Origin: Chloroflexota bacterium
GTDB lineage: Bacteria; Chloroflexota; Dormibacteria; CF-121
Direction: 5' to 3'
Assembly: GCA_005881715.1 (NCBI GenBank)
Contig: VBEE01000036.1
Location: 5,961 to 55,524 of the forward strand
DNA length: 49,564 nt
Shown: one piece after another, positions 10,108 to 19,236 of the stretch
Layout of the letters: each line of letters starts with the position of its first letter
Position numbering within the stretch: the first letter of the stretch is position 1
Translations under genes and position numbers: made by a program
The notes under the pieces: generated by a model
The model's input: the letters and a program-made list of their open reading frames with translations, nothing else
What the model was told of the DNA's origin: nothing
The model's database searches: none

Positions 10108-11877
10108 CTAGACGCCGGCGAGAACCAGGGCAGGTTGCGCGGCAGGACGGAGATCGCGCAGATGCAGGCGGAGCCGGTCGAGCCCGTCCCACCGATCACA
10201 CTGGAGGGCGTAGACCACGTCGAGGCGACGGCCGGCCGGAAGGTGAGGCGCGGCCGCCCCTTTGTCGAAGGCGATGGCCTCCGCCGAAGCGGTCCGGTCA
10301 CGCAGGTGCAGACGCAGGTGACGGCGATCCGCGCCAAACGTCTCGGTCCTGACGATCTCGGCCTCGCGGCTGAGCAGCAGGGGCTCACGATTTCCGACGC
10401 CAAACGGCGACAGCATCTGGATCTCGTGGTGAAGGCTCGGCTTCAGATCGGCGAACGCCGCGGACGCCTCGATCCGAACGGGCCTCGAGAACGCATCGCC
10501 ATTCAGCCGGGCTGCCGCATATGCCTCCAGACACCCCTTCAGCTCCGCGAACCGGCTGGAACGCACCGTCAGACCGGCGGCCATGGCATGTCCGCCAAAT
10601 CGATGGAGCAACGGAGCACAGTCATGAAGGCAGTCGACGAGGTGGAAGCCCTCGATGCTGCGCGCCGACCCTCGCCATTCGTCGCCGTCGGTGTTGAAGA
10701 CAAAGGTTGGCCGGTAGAACTCCTCCACCAGCCGGCTCGCCGCGAGACCCAGCACGCCGAGTGGCCAGCTGGCCGCTCCCATCACGATCACGGCCGCGGC
10801 ATTGTCCAGCTCTTCGACCTGGAGCTTCGCCTCACGGACGATCTCGGCGGTGAGCTGCTGACGTTGCGCATTCTGATCCTGCAGCCGCTGCGCCAGCGGA
10901 TCGGCTGACTCGCGGTTGTCGCTCATCAACAACTCAAGCGCCAGCATCGCGTCCTCCATCCGGCCGGCGGCGTTGATGCGCGGCCCCAGTTGAAAGGCGA
11001 GATGCTCGGCGGTTACCGGGCCACTGATCCCGGCGACCGCCAGCAGGGCCGCGCATCCTGCACCCGGCGCCTGATTCAAGCGCTGCAGACCGGCCCGAAC
11101 GATAGCCCGGTTCTCACCGTGCAGGGGGACCACGTCGGCGACGGTGCCGAGGGCGACCGCGTCCAGCGACTGCGCGGGGTCCAGCCGTCCGGGAAACGCG
11201 CGTTGCTCCAGCGCGACCAACAGCTTGTAGGCGACGCCGCAGGCCGCCAGCCCGTCGAAGGGATAGGGGCAATCCGCTTGCTTCGGGTTGATGAGCGCAT
11301 CGACTGGTGGTCGCTCTTCCCCAACCTCGTGGTGATCGGTAACGATCAGGCGCATGCCGGCAGGGCGGCCCCGGGCGACGTCAACGGAGTTGGTCCCGCA
11401 ATCGCAGGTGATCACGAGGCGCGCGCCGCGCGCGTGCAGCTCTTTGAGCGCCTCAGCGTTCAGGCCGTAGCCTTCGGTGAACCGGTTGGGAATGTAGGTG
11501 ATGACGTCGGCGCCAACCGACCGCAGCCCGCGTGCGAGCGTCACGCACGCGGTAACGCCGTCGGCGTCGTAGTCGCCGTAGACCGCGATCCGCTCACCCC
11601 GATGGACGGCATCGGCAATCAGCTCGCACGCGACCGCCATGTCCTTCAGTAAGAAGGGATCAGGTGCCCGCTCGAGGTCCGTCTGCAGCCACGGATCCAG
11701 CTGGCTCTGCCGGGTGACGCCCCGCCCGTGCAGGATTTGCCGGAAGACCGATGAGAAGGCCTCCAGCCCTGGTTGAGCCCGCAGCGGCTCGGGGAGGAGC
11801 CAGTTCCGGCGTTCCTTCTTCAAAACCGGCCGCATTATGGCACCGTCTAGCGACAGCTGCATGTCGACCTTTTCCAC
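10108..11877 (-). CDS. recJ: Single-stranded-DNA-specific exonuclease RecJ
   Basis: YGDYDADG, PNRF.EGYGL, TCDCG, TDHH, LGTVADVVPL, PRINAAGR, GSARS, FGGH.MAAG. Start uncertain (11877, 11862 or TTG 11823). Confidence 0.95.
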   Translation of the reverse strand: MEKVDMQLSLDGAIMRPVLKKERRNWLLPEPLRAQPGLEAFSSVFRQILHGRGVTRQSQLDPWLQTDLERAPDPFLLKDMAVACELIADAVHRGERIAVYGDYDADGVTACVTLARGLRSVGADVITYIPNRFTEGYGLNAEALKELHARGARLVITCDCGTNSVDVARGRPAGMRLIVTDHHEVGEERPPVDALINPKQADCPYPFDGLAACGVAYKLLVALEQRAFPGRLDPAQSLDAVALGTVADVVPLHGENRAIVRAGLQRLNQAPGAGCAALLAVAGISGPVTAEHLAFQLGPRINAAGRMEDAMLALELLMSDNRESADPLAQRLQDQNAQRQQLTAEIVREAKLQVEELDNAAAVIVMGAASWPLGVLGLAASRLVEEFYRPTFVFNTDGDEWRGSARSIEGFHLVDCLHDCAPLLHRFGGHAMAAGLTVRSSRFAELKGCLEAYAAARLNGDAFSRPVRIEASAAFADLKPSLHHEIQMLSPFGVGNREPLLLSREAEIVRTETFGADRRHLRLHLRDRTASAEAIAFDKGAAAPHLPAGRRLDVVYALQCDRWDGLDRLRLHLRDLRPAAQPALVLAGV

Positions 11878-11889
11878 AGGTCACCGCGA

Positions 11890-12747
11890 TCAGCGAATCG
11901 GCCTGCACTCCTCGAGGACCCGGCGAGCTGATTCGAGGTCACCGGGTCGGGCCACCAGGATCCGCACGATCGGAAGATCGAGCCCGGTCGCCAGCCGCAC
12001 GAATTGCTGGCGCGTCTGTCCCGGCACGCCCGCGGCGCCGATCGCGGAGACAAACGCTGGGTTTGGAGGGCCGTCCGATGCCTCGATCCGCCGCAGCTCC
12101 TGCGCGAAACCCATGCGCTCGAAGTGGCTGCGGTACGCCGGCATACCCAGGGCGTAGCGGAGGGCGGCCGCGGCCACCCGACCTCGAGCCAGCTCCGCGT
12201 CCGGATCGACGGCCGTTCTGACGTACTCGACCACGCGCGGCACCGGCCGGCCGGCGGCGAGCGCGGCAGTGACCAGTGTCTGCCGTGACCATTCGATCCA
12301 TTCGGCCGTACACCAGTTCAACGCGACACCGTCGGCCAGCTCGCCGGCGACCCCCAACATCAGGGGGCCAAGGGCGGCCACATAGAGCGGCATCGCGGCC
12401 GGCAGCCGCTGTCGAAGGTCGGTCAGATAAGGGCGCATCGCCTGAGCGGGCCGCGGCAGCAGCCCGCTGCCGACGACCAGGGTGAATCGTCCGTTTGTCG
12501 CATCCCAGAGGTGTTGCGCATGTTGCGCGTAGAAGGGCGCTGGGCGACCCGACGCGGGTACGGCGGAGATGCCAACCGGCAATCCACTCGCGTCGTGCCA
12601 GCGCAGACAGCGGTCGAATGCCCCAGCGTCCGCGCCGGAGTTTGTCCAGGCCGACTCGTAACCCAGGTCGGCGGCCAATCGAACGAGGCGCACCTCGTCG
12701 GCTTCGCTCAGGCCCTGGTCGGGATCGAGGGCGAAACCGGTTGGCAA
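11890..12747 (-). CDS. LLM-class (luciferase-like) flavin/F420-dependent oxidoreductase
   Basis: AADLGYESAW, GRFTLVVGSG, PLYVAALGPLML.VAGELADGV motifs. Confidence 0.85.
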   Translation of the reverse strand: MPTGFALDPDQGLSEADEVRLVRLAADLGYESAWTNSGADAGAFDRCLRWHDASGLPVGISAVPASGRPAPFYAQHAQHLWDATNGRFTLVVGSGLLPRPAQAMRPYLTDLRQRLPAAMPLYVAALGPLMLGVAGELADGVALNWCTAEWIEWSRQTLVTAALAAGRPVPRVVEYVRTAVDPDAELARGRVAAAALRYALGMPAYRSHFERMGFAQELRRIEASDGPPNPAFVSAIGAAGVPGQTRQQFVRLATGLDLPIVRILVARPGDLESARRVLEECRPIR

Positions 12748-12762
12748 GTCAGCCCGCGGCGT

Positions 12763-13794
12763 TTACGCGGCGGCTTCTTGCTGAACGATCACCGGCGGTG
12801 TCCGCTCCTTGCTCCAGTTGAGCAATGCGATCACCGCAATCAGCAGCAATGTGCCAATGGCCTGAGCCGGATACAGGCGCTGGCCGAAGAAAATCGTCTG
12901 GCCGAACACGGCTACCGCTGGCGCGGTTGCAATGATGGTGGCCGCCACCGGATAGGCCATCTCGGCCACCGTCGCGAGGGTCGCAGGGGTACTCGCCAGC
13001 GCGCGGTAATAGAGGAGCAGCGCCAGCAGACCTGGTATCAGGGCGATGCCAAGAAACGGAACCACGTCACCAGGACGGTATTGAGCAAAACCTGCAATGC
13101 CCGACTGCGTGAGCACCACAACAACAAGGACTGGAAGGGCAATCGTGAAGCGAAGGGCGGTGGTCGTCTGAAACGACAGCGTACCGAGGACGAAACGCCC
13201 GAGGACCGTTCCGCTGGCCCAGAGCGCCGCGGCGCCCAGCGCGTACAGCCCGACCTCGACCTCGCCGTGCTGGAGGGCGGAGATCGGCGCCGTTGGGTCA
13301 CTCGCAAACAGCACCAGGTAGACGGCCGCGATTGCAAGCGCGGCGATCGGCCAGAACCAGAGGCGCCGCCGCTCCCCCAACACAATCCAGGCGAGCGTGA
13401 TCGCAATCAACGGTTGAGTCTGCTGAAGCACGTAGGTTTCCGCGAAGAGCTGATGCTGCGCAGCCAGCTTGAACGATTGTGTGAACAGCAGGGTCGCCAC
13501 CGCTTGCGGGCCAACCCCGATCAGGATCATGGCGAGCCAGCCCCGCCATGACATCCGCTTCATCTCCGGCCATCCCCGCACCAGGAAGACGAGCAGGAAG
13601 ACAGTGATAAGGAAGTCTTCGACCACCACGATCTCCGAGGCCGTCAAATGGACCAGGTGGCTCCGGAAATAGACGTCGGACGCCCACATGGTGGCGGCCA
13701 CGGCAACCAGCACCACCGAAAAGCGATCGACAAGGCTGCGTGGCGCCGGCTTTGTTGCGGTCTGGCTCCGGGTCGTGGGAACGGCCACCGTCAT
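12763..13794 (-). CDS. DMT/EamA-family transporter, candidate riboflavin transporter
   Basis: About 10 hydrophobic segments, two EamA-like halves (LAWIVLGE; PVAATIIA...FGQRL), AAAGGAG SD before ATG 13794, directly downstream of the FMN riboswitch. Confidence 0.87.
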   Translation of the reverse strand: MTVAVPTTRSQTATKPAPRSLVDRFSVVLVAVAATMWASDVYFRSHLVHLTASEIVVVEDFLITVFLLVFLVRGWPEMKRMSWRGWLAMILIGVGPQAVATLLFTQSFKLAAQHQLFAETYVLQQTQPLIAITLAWIVLGERRRLWFWPIAALAIAAVYLVLFASDPTAPISALQHGEVEVGLYALGAAALWASGTVLGRFVLGTLSFQTTTALRFTIALPVLVVVVLTQSGIAGFAQYRPGDVVPFLGIALIPGLLALLLYYRALASTPATLATVAEMAYPVAATIIATAPAVAVFGQTIFFGQRLYPAQAIGTLLLIAVIALLNWSKERTPPVIVQQEAAA

Positions 13795-13847
13795 TACTCC
13801 TTTGGCCGCCGGGGCAGCGATCGGGCGCACCGCGTGCGCTCCGAGAG

Positions 13848-13971
13848 CCTTCTTTCATCCCGACTGTACGGTCGGCCCCGGAGTGGGCTTACACCTTCAC
13901 CGGGTCATGCGTCGTAGGACGCTCGCGGGCTTTACCGCCGATCGGGGATTCACACCCCTGCCCCGAAGACC
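13848..13971 (-). ncRNA. FMN riboswitch (RFN element)
   Basis: Minus strand GUCUUCGGGGCAGGGGUGUGAAUCCCCGAUCGGCGGUAAAGCCCGCGAGC...GACCCGGUG...UCCGGGGCCGACCGUACAGUCGGGAUGAAAGAAG has all conserved RFN blocks; extended -10 TGcTATTGT just upstream. Confidence 0.93.
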
Positions 13972-14030
13972 AACTACAACAATAGCAGCGGCCGGCAAAG
14001 GTCGCAGCCGGGATCGACGCTTGCGGTCGG

Positions 14031-14672
14031 CTAAGTCAGCCGGTCGCGCAACCTTCCGAGATCGCGATAGCCGACCGGTACGACGCCCAGGTCGGCCACC
14101 TCCTCTTCGATCCTCGTGAAGGCCGCGGATTGCTCGAGCGGTATCCGATCGAGGAGTCGGCTGGTCGCCAGGACATACTCGTGCGATGGGACGTGATTCT
14201 TCGCCAAGCGGTGGGGCACGATGACGTCCGTCCCGTGGAGTTGCTCCACCCGGCCGACTCGAAATCGTGAATATTCACCGTGATGCGCGATCACTTTGAC
14301 GGTCAGCATCGGCGCTCTCACGCAGGCCTGGCAGGAGCAATGCACGGCCCGGGTCGCGACCACATCACGGAGACGTCGATGGAAGGCCAGGTAGGTCGCA
14401 TCGAACCAGCCCATCAACTCGGGGCCAGTATTGTCGCCGAAAAAGAAAACGGCATCGCCCTCAAAGTTGGAGACTTGGAGGTGACCGCCAAGGCTTTCTA
14501 CGACTGCGTCCAGGAGCTCACCGATCAGGATCTGCGAGTGGGCGAGCTCCGTCTCGGCCACGAACGTGGTATAGCGGGAGATGTCGACAAGTACGAGCGG
14601 GCCGCTGGCACTGTGATCCTCAGGGACATCCGATACCAGTGGAGGCTCGCCTGGTCGATCCTGTGCATTCAT
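14031..14672 (-). CDS. DUF2652-like protein (nucleotide-cyclase-like fold)
   Basis: LVDISRYT.F, EGDAVFF, CSCQAC, KVIAHHGE, G.DVIV.HRL.KN.V...EY. Confidence 0.75.
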   Translation of the reverse strand: MNAQDRPGEPPLVSDVPEDHSASGPLVLVDISRYTTFVAETELAHSQILIGELLDAVVESLGGHLQVSNFEGDAVFFFGDNTGPELMGWFDATYLAFHRRLRDVVATRAVHCSCQACVRAPMLTVKVIAHHGEYSRFRVGRVEQLHGTDVIVPHRLAKNHVPSHEYVLATSRLLDRIPLEQSAAFTRIEEEVADLGVVPVGYRDLGRLRDRLT

Positions 14673-14694
14673 TTGCCGTGGGCCGGACTCTAGC

Positions 14695-16215
14695 CTAGTG
14701 CTTGAAGTGGCGCTCGCCGGTGAAAACCATGGCGACGCCAGCGGCGTCGGCGGCCGCGATGGCCTCGCTGTCCTTCACGGAGCCGCCCGGCTGGACGATC
14801 GCCCGAATGCCCGCGCGACCCGCGACCTCGATGCCGTCCGGGTAGGGGAAAAAACCGTCGCTCGCCAGCACGGAGCCCTGCGCTCGCGGGCCGGCACGGT
14901 GCACGGCAAGCTCAACCGCCTCGACCCGGCTCATCTGCCCGGCGCCGACGCCGACCGTCGCGCCCTGGTGTGCCAGCACGATCGCGTTTGATCGCACGTG
15001 CTTGACGACCGTCCAGGCGAACTGCAGGTCCTTCCAGGTCGCGTCGTCGGGGGCCTTCGCCGTCACGACGCGGGCCTCGCCCAGCGTATTACCGGTGTGG
15101 TCCACCGTCTGAACCAGGAAGCCGCCGGTGATCGGACGAGCATCTAGCGCCAACTGCAACGGCCCGGGTCCCGGCTGCAGCACCCGCAGTTTCGGTCTGG
15201 CCTTGAAGACCTCGAGTGCTGACTGATCGAAGGATGGCGCGACCACGACCTCGAGGAAGAGCTCGACCACGTTCCTGGCGACGGTGGCATCGACCGGGCG
15301 GTTGAAGGCGACGATGCCGCCGAAGGCCGACCGGCGATCGCTGGCCAGCGCTCGGTCGAAGGCATCCGCCGGATCGGAGCCGACCGCCACCCCGCAGGGG
15401 TTGGCGTGTTTGATGATGGCGACCGCGACCGACGAGAAATCCCCAACCAGCGACCAGGCCGCCTGAGCATCGAGCAGGTTGTTGTAGGACAGCTCGAGCC
15501 CCTGCCACTGCCTGGCCTCCGCGAGCCCGCCGCCCTGGGCCGTCCGATACAGCGCCGCCGACTGGTGCGGATTCTCGCCGTAGCGGAGGTCGCGCAGTTT
15601 GCGGCCGCCCAGGGTGAAATCCTCCGGTAGCGGTGTCGTCCCCTGGCCATCGCGGAGGTGTTCGCCAATCGCCGCGTCATAGGCGGCCGTGTGGCCAAAG
15701 GCCACCGCCGCCAGGTGCCGGCGTAGCGACGGAGGGATGCCGGTCCGATCTTTGAGCGCGGCGAGTACGCTCGGGTAATCACTCGGCCGGACCACCGGCA
15801 GCACATGGTCGTGATTCTTGGCGGCTGCCCGCAGCAACGTCACCCCCCCGATGTCGATGGACTCGATAGCTTCGGCGTGCCCGGCACCGGACGACACGGT
15901 ATCGACAAACGGATAGAGGTTGACGACCACGAGGTCGATCAGCTTCAGCTCCCGGTCGGCAAGCTCTTGCAGATGGCGCGGCTCGTCGCGGCGCGCGAGG
16001 ATCCCGGCATGCACGTTGGGGTGCAGCGTCTTGACGCGGCCATCGAGCATCTCGGTGAATCCGGTCAGCTCGTGCAGGGCGTGGACGGGAACACCCGCAT
16101 CACGCAGGGCGCGCTCCGTGCCGCCGGTCGCGTAGATCGTCACGCCAAGGCTGTCGAGACCGCGAGCGAAATCGTTAAGTCCATCCTTGTCCGAGACGCT
16201 CAGAAGCGCGTTCAT
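14695..16215 (-). CDS. purH: AICAR transformylase / IMP cyclohydrolase
   Basis: [52 protein letters not shown]. Confidence 0.97.
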   Translation of the reverse strand: MNALLSVSDKDGLNDFARGLDSLGVTIYATGGTERALRDAGVPVHALHELTGFTEMLDGRVKTLHPNVHAGILARRDEPRHLQELADRELKLIDLVVVNLYPFVDTVSSGAGHAEAIESIDIGGVTLLRAAAKNHDHVLPVVRPSDYPSVLAALKDRTGIPPSLRRHLAAVAFGHTAAYDAAIGEHLRDGQGTTPLPEDFTLGGRKLRDLRYGENPHQSAALYRTAQGGGLAEARQWQGLELSYNNLLDAQAAWSLVGDFSSVAVAIIKHANPCGVAVGSDPADAFDRALASDRRSAFGGIVAFNRPVDATVARNVVELFLEVVVAPSFDQSALEVFKARPKLRVLQPGPGPLQLALDARPITGGFLVQTVDHTGNTLGEARVVTAKAPDDATWKDLQFAWTVVKHVRSNAIVLAHQGATVGVGAGQMSRVEAVELAVHRAGPRAQGSVLASDGFFPYPDGIEVAGRAGIRAIVQPGGSVKDSEAIAAADAAGVAMVFTGERHFKH

Positions 16216-16802
16216 CCGGTGATCGGGAGCGCCTGGCCGGCGAGCCGCCTGACGACCACCGGCAGCAGGGTATGTTCCTCGGCCTGGATCCGCTCCCGAA
16301 GTGTCTCTACGGTGTCATCGGGCCGCACCTCGACGCGTCGCTGGGCAAGGATCGGACCCGCGTCCACATCTTTGGTTACCACGTGCACGGTACATCCGGT
16401 CTCCGTGACGCGCGCCTCCAGCGCCATGGCGACGGCGTCCATGGTGCCGGCGAACTGCGGCAGGAGTGAGGGGTGAATATTGATGATGCGGCCGGCGAAC
16501 TCGCGGGTGAAGACCCGTTCCAGGATAGCGTCGTACCCGGCGCACACCACCAGCTCCACGCCGTGCAGGCGAAGCGACCTCACCATGGCGAGGTCGCGGC
16601 CCTTACGGTCGGGGTAATCGGCAAGCCGGAAGGTCGCCCGCGAAATGCCCGCCTTCTTGGCCAGCTCGAGCGCTGCGCACTCGCGGTTCGCACAGACGAG
16701 CACGACGCGCGCCGGGTAGAGCGGGTCTTTCATCGCCCCGATCAGCGCCTGCAGGTTGCTGCCCCGGCCGGACACCAGGACGCCAACCCGGAGCCGGCTC
16801 AC
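16212..16802 (-). CDS. purN: Phosphoribosylglycinamide formyltransferase
   Basis: VLVSGRGSNLQAL, INIHPSLLP, TGCTVH, VDAGPI. True start is GTG 16802 overlapping the purM TGA, not 17417. Confidence 0.93.
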   Translation of the reverse strand: MSRLRVGVLVSGRGSNLQALIGAMKDPLYPARVVLVCANRECAALELAKKAGISRATFRLADYPDRKGRDLAMVRSLRLHGVELVVCAGYDAILERVFTREFAGRIINIHPSLLPQFAGTMDAVAMALEARVTETGCTVHVVTKDVDAGPILAQRRVEVRPDDTVETLRERIQAEEHTLLPVVVRRLAGQALPITG

Positions 16803-17806
16803 TCCAGGATCTGAACACGCCGCTGCTCGGATGCCACGATGTCGCCGACCTGGAAGATCTCCCCGTCCAGGACCCGCAGCGCGGTCGCGGCGTTCGACTC
16901 CTCCACGACGACGATCATCCCGATTCCCATGTTGAAGGTGCGCCACATCTCCTCGTCGGCGACGAAGGGGGCCAGGTAGGAGAAGATCGGCGGCTCCGGC
17001 CAGGTACCACGCTGAATGCGGGCTCCGAGGCCGACCGGCAGGATCCGTGGCAGGTTTCCAACGATGCCACCGCCGGTGACGTGTGCCAGGCCTTTGATGG
17101 TGACCGCCTCGCGCAGCCGCCGTACCGGCTCCAGGTACGAAGGGTGGGGCGCCAGGAGCGCATCGAGCACCGTCTGACCGTTCCCGGGGATCGTCTGCAC
17201 CAGTGCCTGGCTGGGGATGACGCGGCGGGCCAGGCTGAAGCCATTGGTGTGCAGGCCGGTTGACGGCAACGCCAGCAGCGCGTCGCCGGCATTGATCGAG
17301 GTACCGTCGATGATGGCGTCGCGCTCGCAGATCCCCACCATGAAGCCGGCGATGTCGTAGGTCGCCGGCCGATAGAGCCCCGGCATCTCGGCCGTTTCCC
17401 CGCCGAGCAGCGCGCAATTGACCTCCCGGCAGGCGTTCGCCATCCCGGCCACCACCTCGGCCACGACCGGCGGATCGAGCACGCTGGTGGCGACATAGTC
17501 CAGGAAGAACAGGGGCGCAGCACCCGCGGTCAGGACGTCGTCGACGCAGTGGTTGACGAGGTCGGCGCCGATCTGGGTGTGACGGCCGGCTTCGCTGGCG
17601 AGCAGCACTTTCGTCCCCACGCCGTCCGTGCTGGCGACGAGGACCGGTTGCTGATACCGGCGGACATCCAGGGCGAAGAGTCCGCTGAAGGGGCCCACCC
17701 CGGCCAGCACCTCGGGTCCCTGGGTGGACTCAGCCAACGGCTTGATCAGCTCGACCGCGCGGTTCCCGGCATCGATGTCGACGCCCGCATCGCGATAGGT
17801 GCTCAT
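16799..17806 (-). CDS. purM: AIR synthetase
   Basis: YRDAGVDID, STDGVGTK, GGETAEMPG, GLHTNGFSL, AHVTGGG, TFNMGIG. Confidence 0.97.
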   Translation of the reverse strand: MSTYRDAGVDIDAGNRAVELIKPLAESTQGPEVLAGVGPFSGLFALDVRRYQQPVLVASTDGVGTKVLLASEAGRHTQIGADLVNHCVDDVLTAGAAPLFFLDYVATSVLDPPVVAEVVAGMANACREVNCALLGGETAEMPGLYRPATYDIAGFMVGICERDAIIDGTSINAGDALLALPSTGLHTNGFSLARRVIPSQALVQTIPGNGQTVLDALLAPHPSYLEPVRRLREAVTIKGLAHVTGGGIVGNLPRILPVGLGARIQRGTWPEPPIFSYLAPFVADEEMWRTFNMGIGMIVVVEESNAATALRVLDGEIFQVGDIVASEQRRVQILE

Positions 17807-19236
17807 GTCAGGACGGTCTCCAGCGCCAGCTTGTCCATCTCGAGCTGTACCGGGACCGGGACCGGGTAATCCCCGTCAAAGCAGGCCATGCAGAAGCCGG
17901 TCACATTCTTGACGGCGCGGAAGAGCCCCGCCTTGCTCAGGTATTTCAGCGAGTCGGCGCCGATCAGGCGCTCGACCTCTTCGACCGTCCGGCCCGAGGC
18001 GATCAGCTCCGAGCGGCTGGCGATATCGATGCCCATGAAGCAGGGCCACTGGATGGGCGGGCTGCTGATCCGCATGTGGACGGCTTTCGTGCCGGCCCGT
18101 CGCAACTCTTCAACGATCTTCCGGCTGGTCGTGCCGCGAACGATCGAGTCATCAACGAGTACCACTCGCTTGCCGTCGAGGATCTCGCGCAGGGGGTTGA
18201 ACTTCAGCTTGATGCCGATGTTGCGCAATCGCTGGTTCGGCTGGATGAAGGTGCGCGTGATGTAGCGGCTCTTGATCAAGCCCTCGCTGTAGGGGATGCC
18301 GCTGGCCTCCGCGAAGCCGACCGCCGCCGGCGTCCCCGAATCCGGCAAGGAGATGACGATGTCACCGTCGGCCGGCGCCTCCCGGGCGAGCTCCCGGCCC
18401 ATGTTGCGTCGGGCCTCGTACAACGACTGACCCTGCAAGCGTGAGTCGGGGCGGGCGAAGTAGATGAACTCGAACATGCACATCGCCTTCCGCGTGGAAG
18501 GAAGCAGCTGCTCGGCTGACGCTTGGCCCTGCCCCAGCAGGACCGCCTCACCAGGTTCGATCTCGCGCACGAACTCGGCGCCGACCGTGTCGAGCGCGCA
18601 GGTCTCGGAGGCGATGATGCCGCCACCGTCGGGGAGGCGGCCCAGGCAGAGTGGGCGGATGCCGAGTGGGTCGCGCACGCCGACCAGGCTGTCGCGGGTC
18701 AAGACAAGCAGGCAGTACGCTCCCTGCAATCGCGGTAGCGCGCTGCGGAGGACGGCCCGCAGGTCGGACCCACCCGTTCGGCCGAGCAGCTCCGCAATCA
18801 CCTCGGTGTCACTGGAGGTGGTGAAACGGACGCCCTCCAGTTCCAGGCCTTGGCGCAGCGACTGGGCATTCGTCAGGTTGCCGTTGTGCGCGATGGCCAT
18901 CGTGCCGAGCTGTGGGTGTTCGACTGTGATCGGCTGCGCGTTCTCGAGCCGGTTCGAGCCGGTGGTCGAGTAGCGCGTATGGCCGAGCGCGAGCTGGCCG
19001 GTCAGACGTTCCAGCGCGGCCTGATCGAAGGCCTGCGCCACCAGTCCCATTGCTTTGTGCACTCGTAGCTGGCGGCCATCACTGACCGCGATCCCCGCGC
19101 TCTCCTGACCGCGGTGCTGCAGGGCATAGAGACCGAAGTAGGTCAGGTTGGCGACATCTTCACCGGGCGCCTCGATGCCGAACAGACCACACTCCTCATG
19201 CATCCGTTCCTCGGCGAGCCAGTGACGGCGGATCAA
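17803..19236 (-). CDS. purF: Amidophosphoribosyltransferase
   Basis: EECG propeptide cleavage site, [38 protein letters not shown]-terminal FCMACF Fe-S cysteines; start TTG 19236 or ATG 19203. Confidence 0.96.
   Translation of the reverse strand: MIRRHWLAEERMHEECGLFGIEAPGEDVANLTYFGLYALQHRGQESAGIAVSDGRQLRVHKAMGLVAQAFDQAALERLTGQLALGHTRYSTTGSNRLENAQPITVEHPQLGTMAIAHNGNLTNAQSLRQGLELEGVRFTTSSDTEVIAELLGRTGGSDLRAVLRSALPRLQGAYCLLVLTRDSLVGVRDPLGIRPLCLGRLPDGGGIIASETCALDTVGAEFVREIEPGEAVLLGQGQASAEQLLPSTRKAMCMFEFIYFARPDSRLQGQSLYEARRNMGRELAREAPADGDIVISLPDSGTPAAVGFAEASGIPYSEGLIKSRYITRTFIQPNQRLRNIGIKLKFNPLREILDGKRVVLVDDSIVRGTTSRKIVEELRRAGTKAVHMRISSPPIQWPCFMGIDIASRSELIASGRTVEEVERLIGADSLKYLSKAGLFRAVKNVTGFCMACFDGDYPVPVPVQLEMDKLALETVLT

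Noticed and set aside
11845-11862. QLSLD near the RecJ N-terminus as a beta-clamp-binding motif
   Set aside because: Lacks the terminal Phe and may lie upstream of the true start (TGcCATAAT precedes TTG 11823).
16803-17417. Apparent 205-aa N-terminal extension of PurN
   Set aside because: It overlaps purM out of frame; the GTG at 16802 gives a normal coupled PurN.
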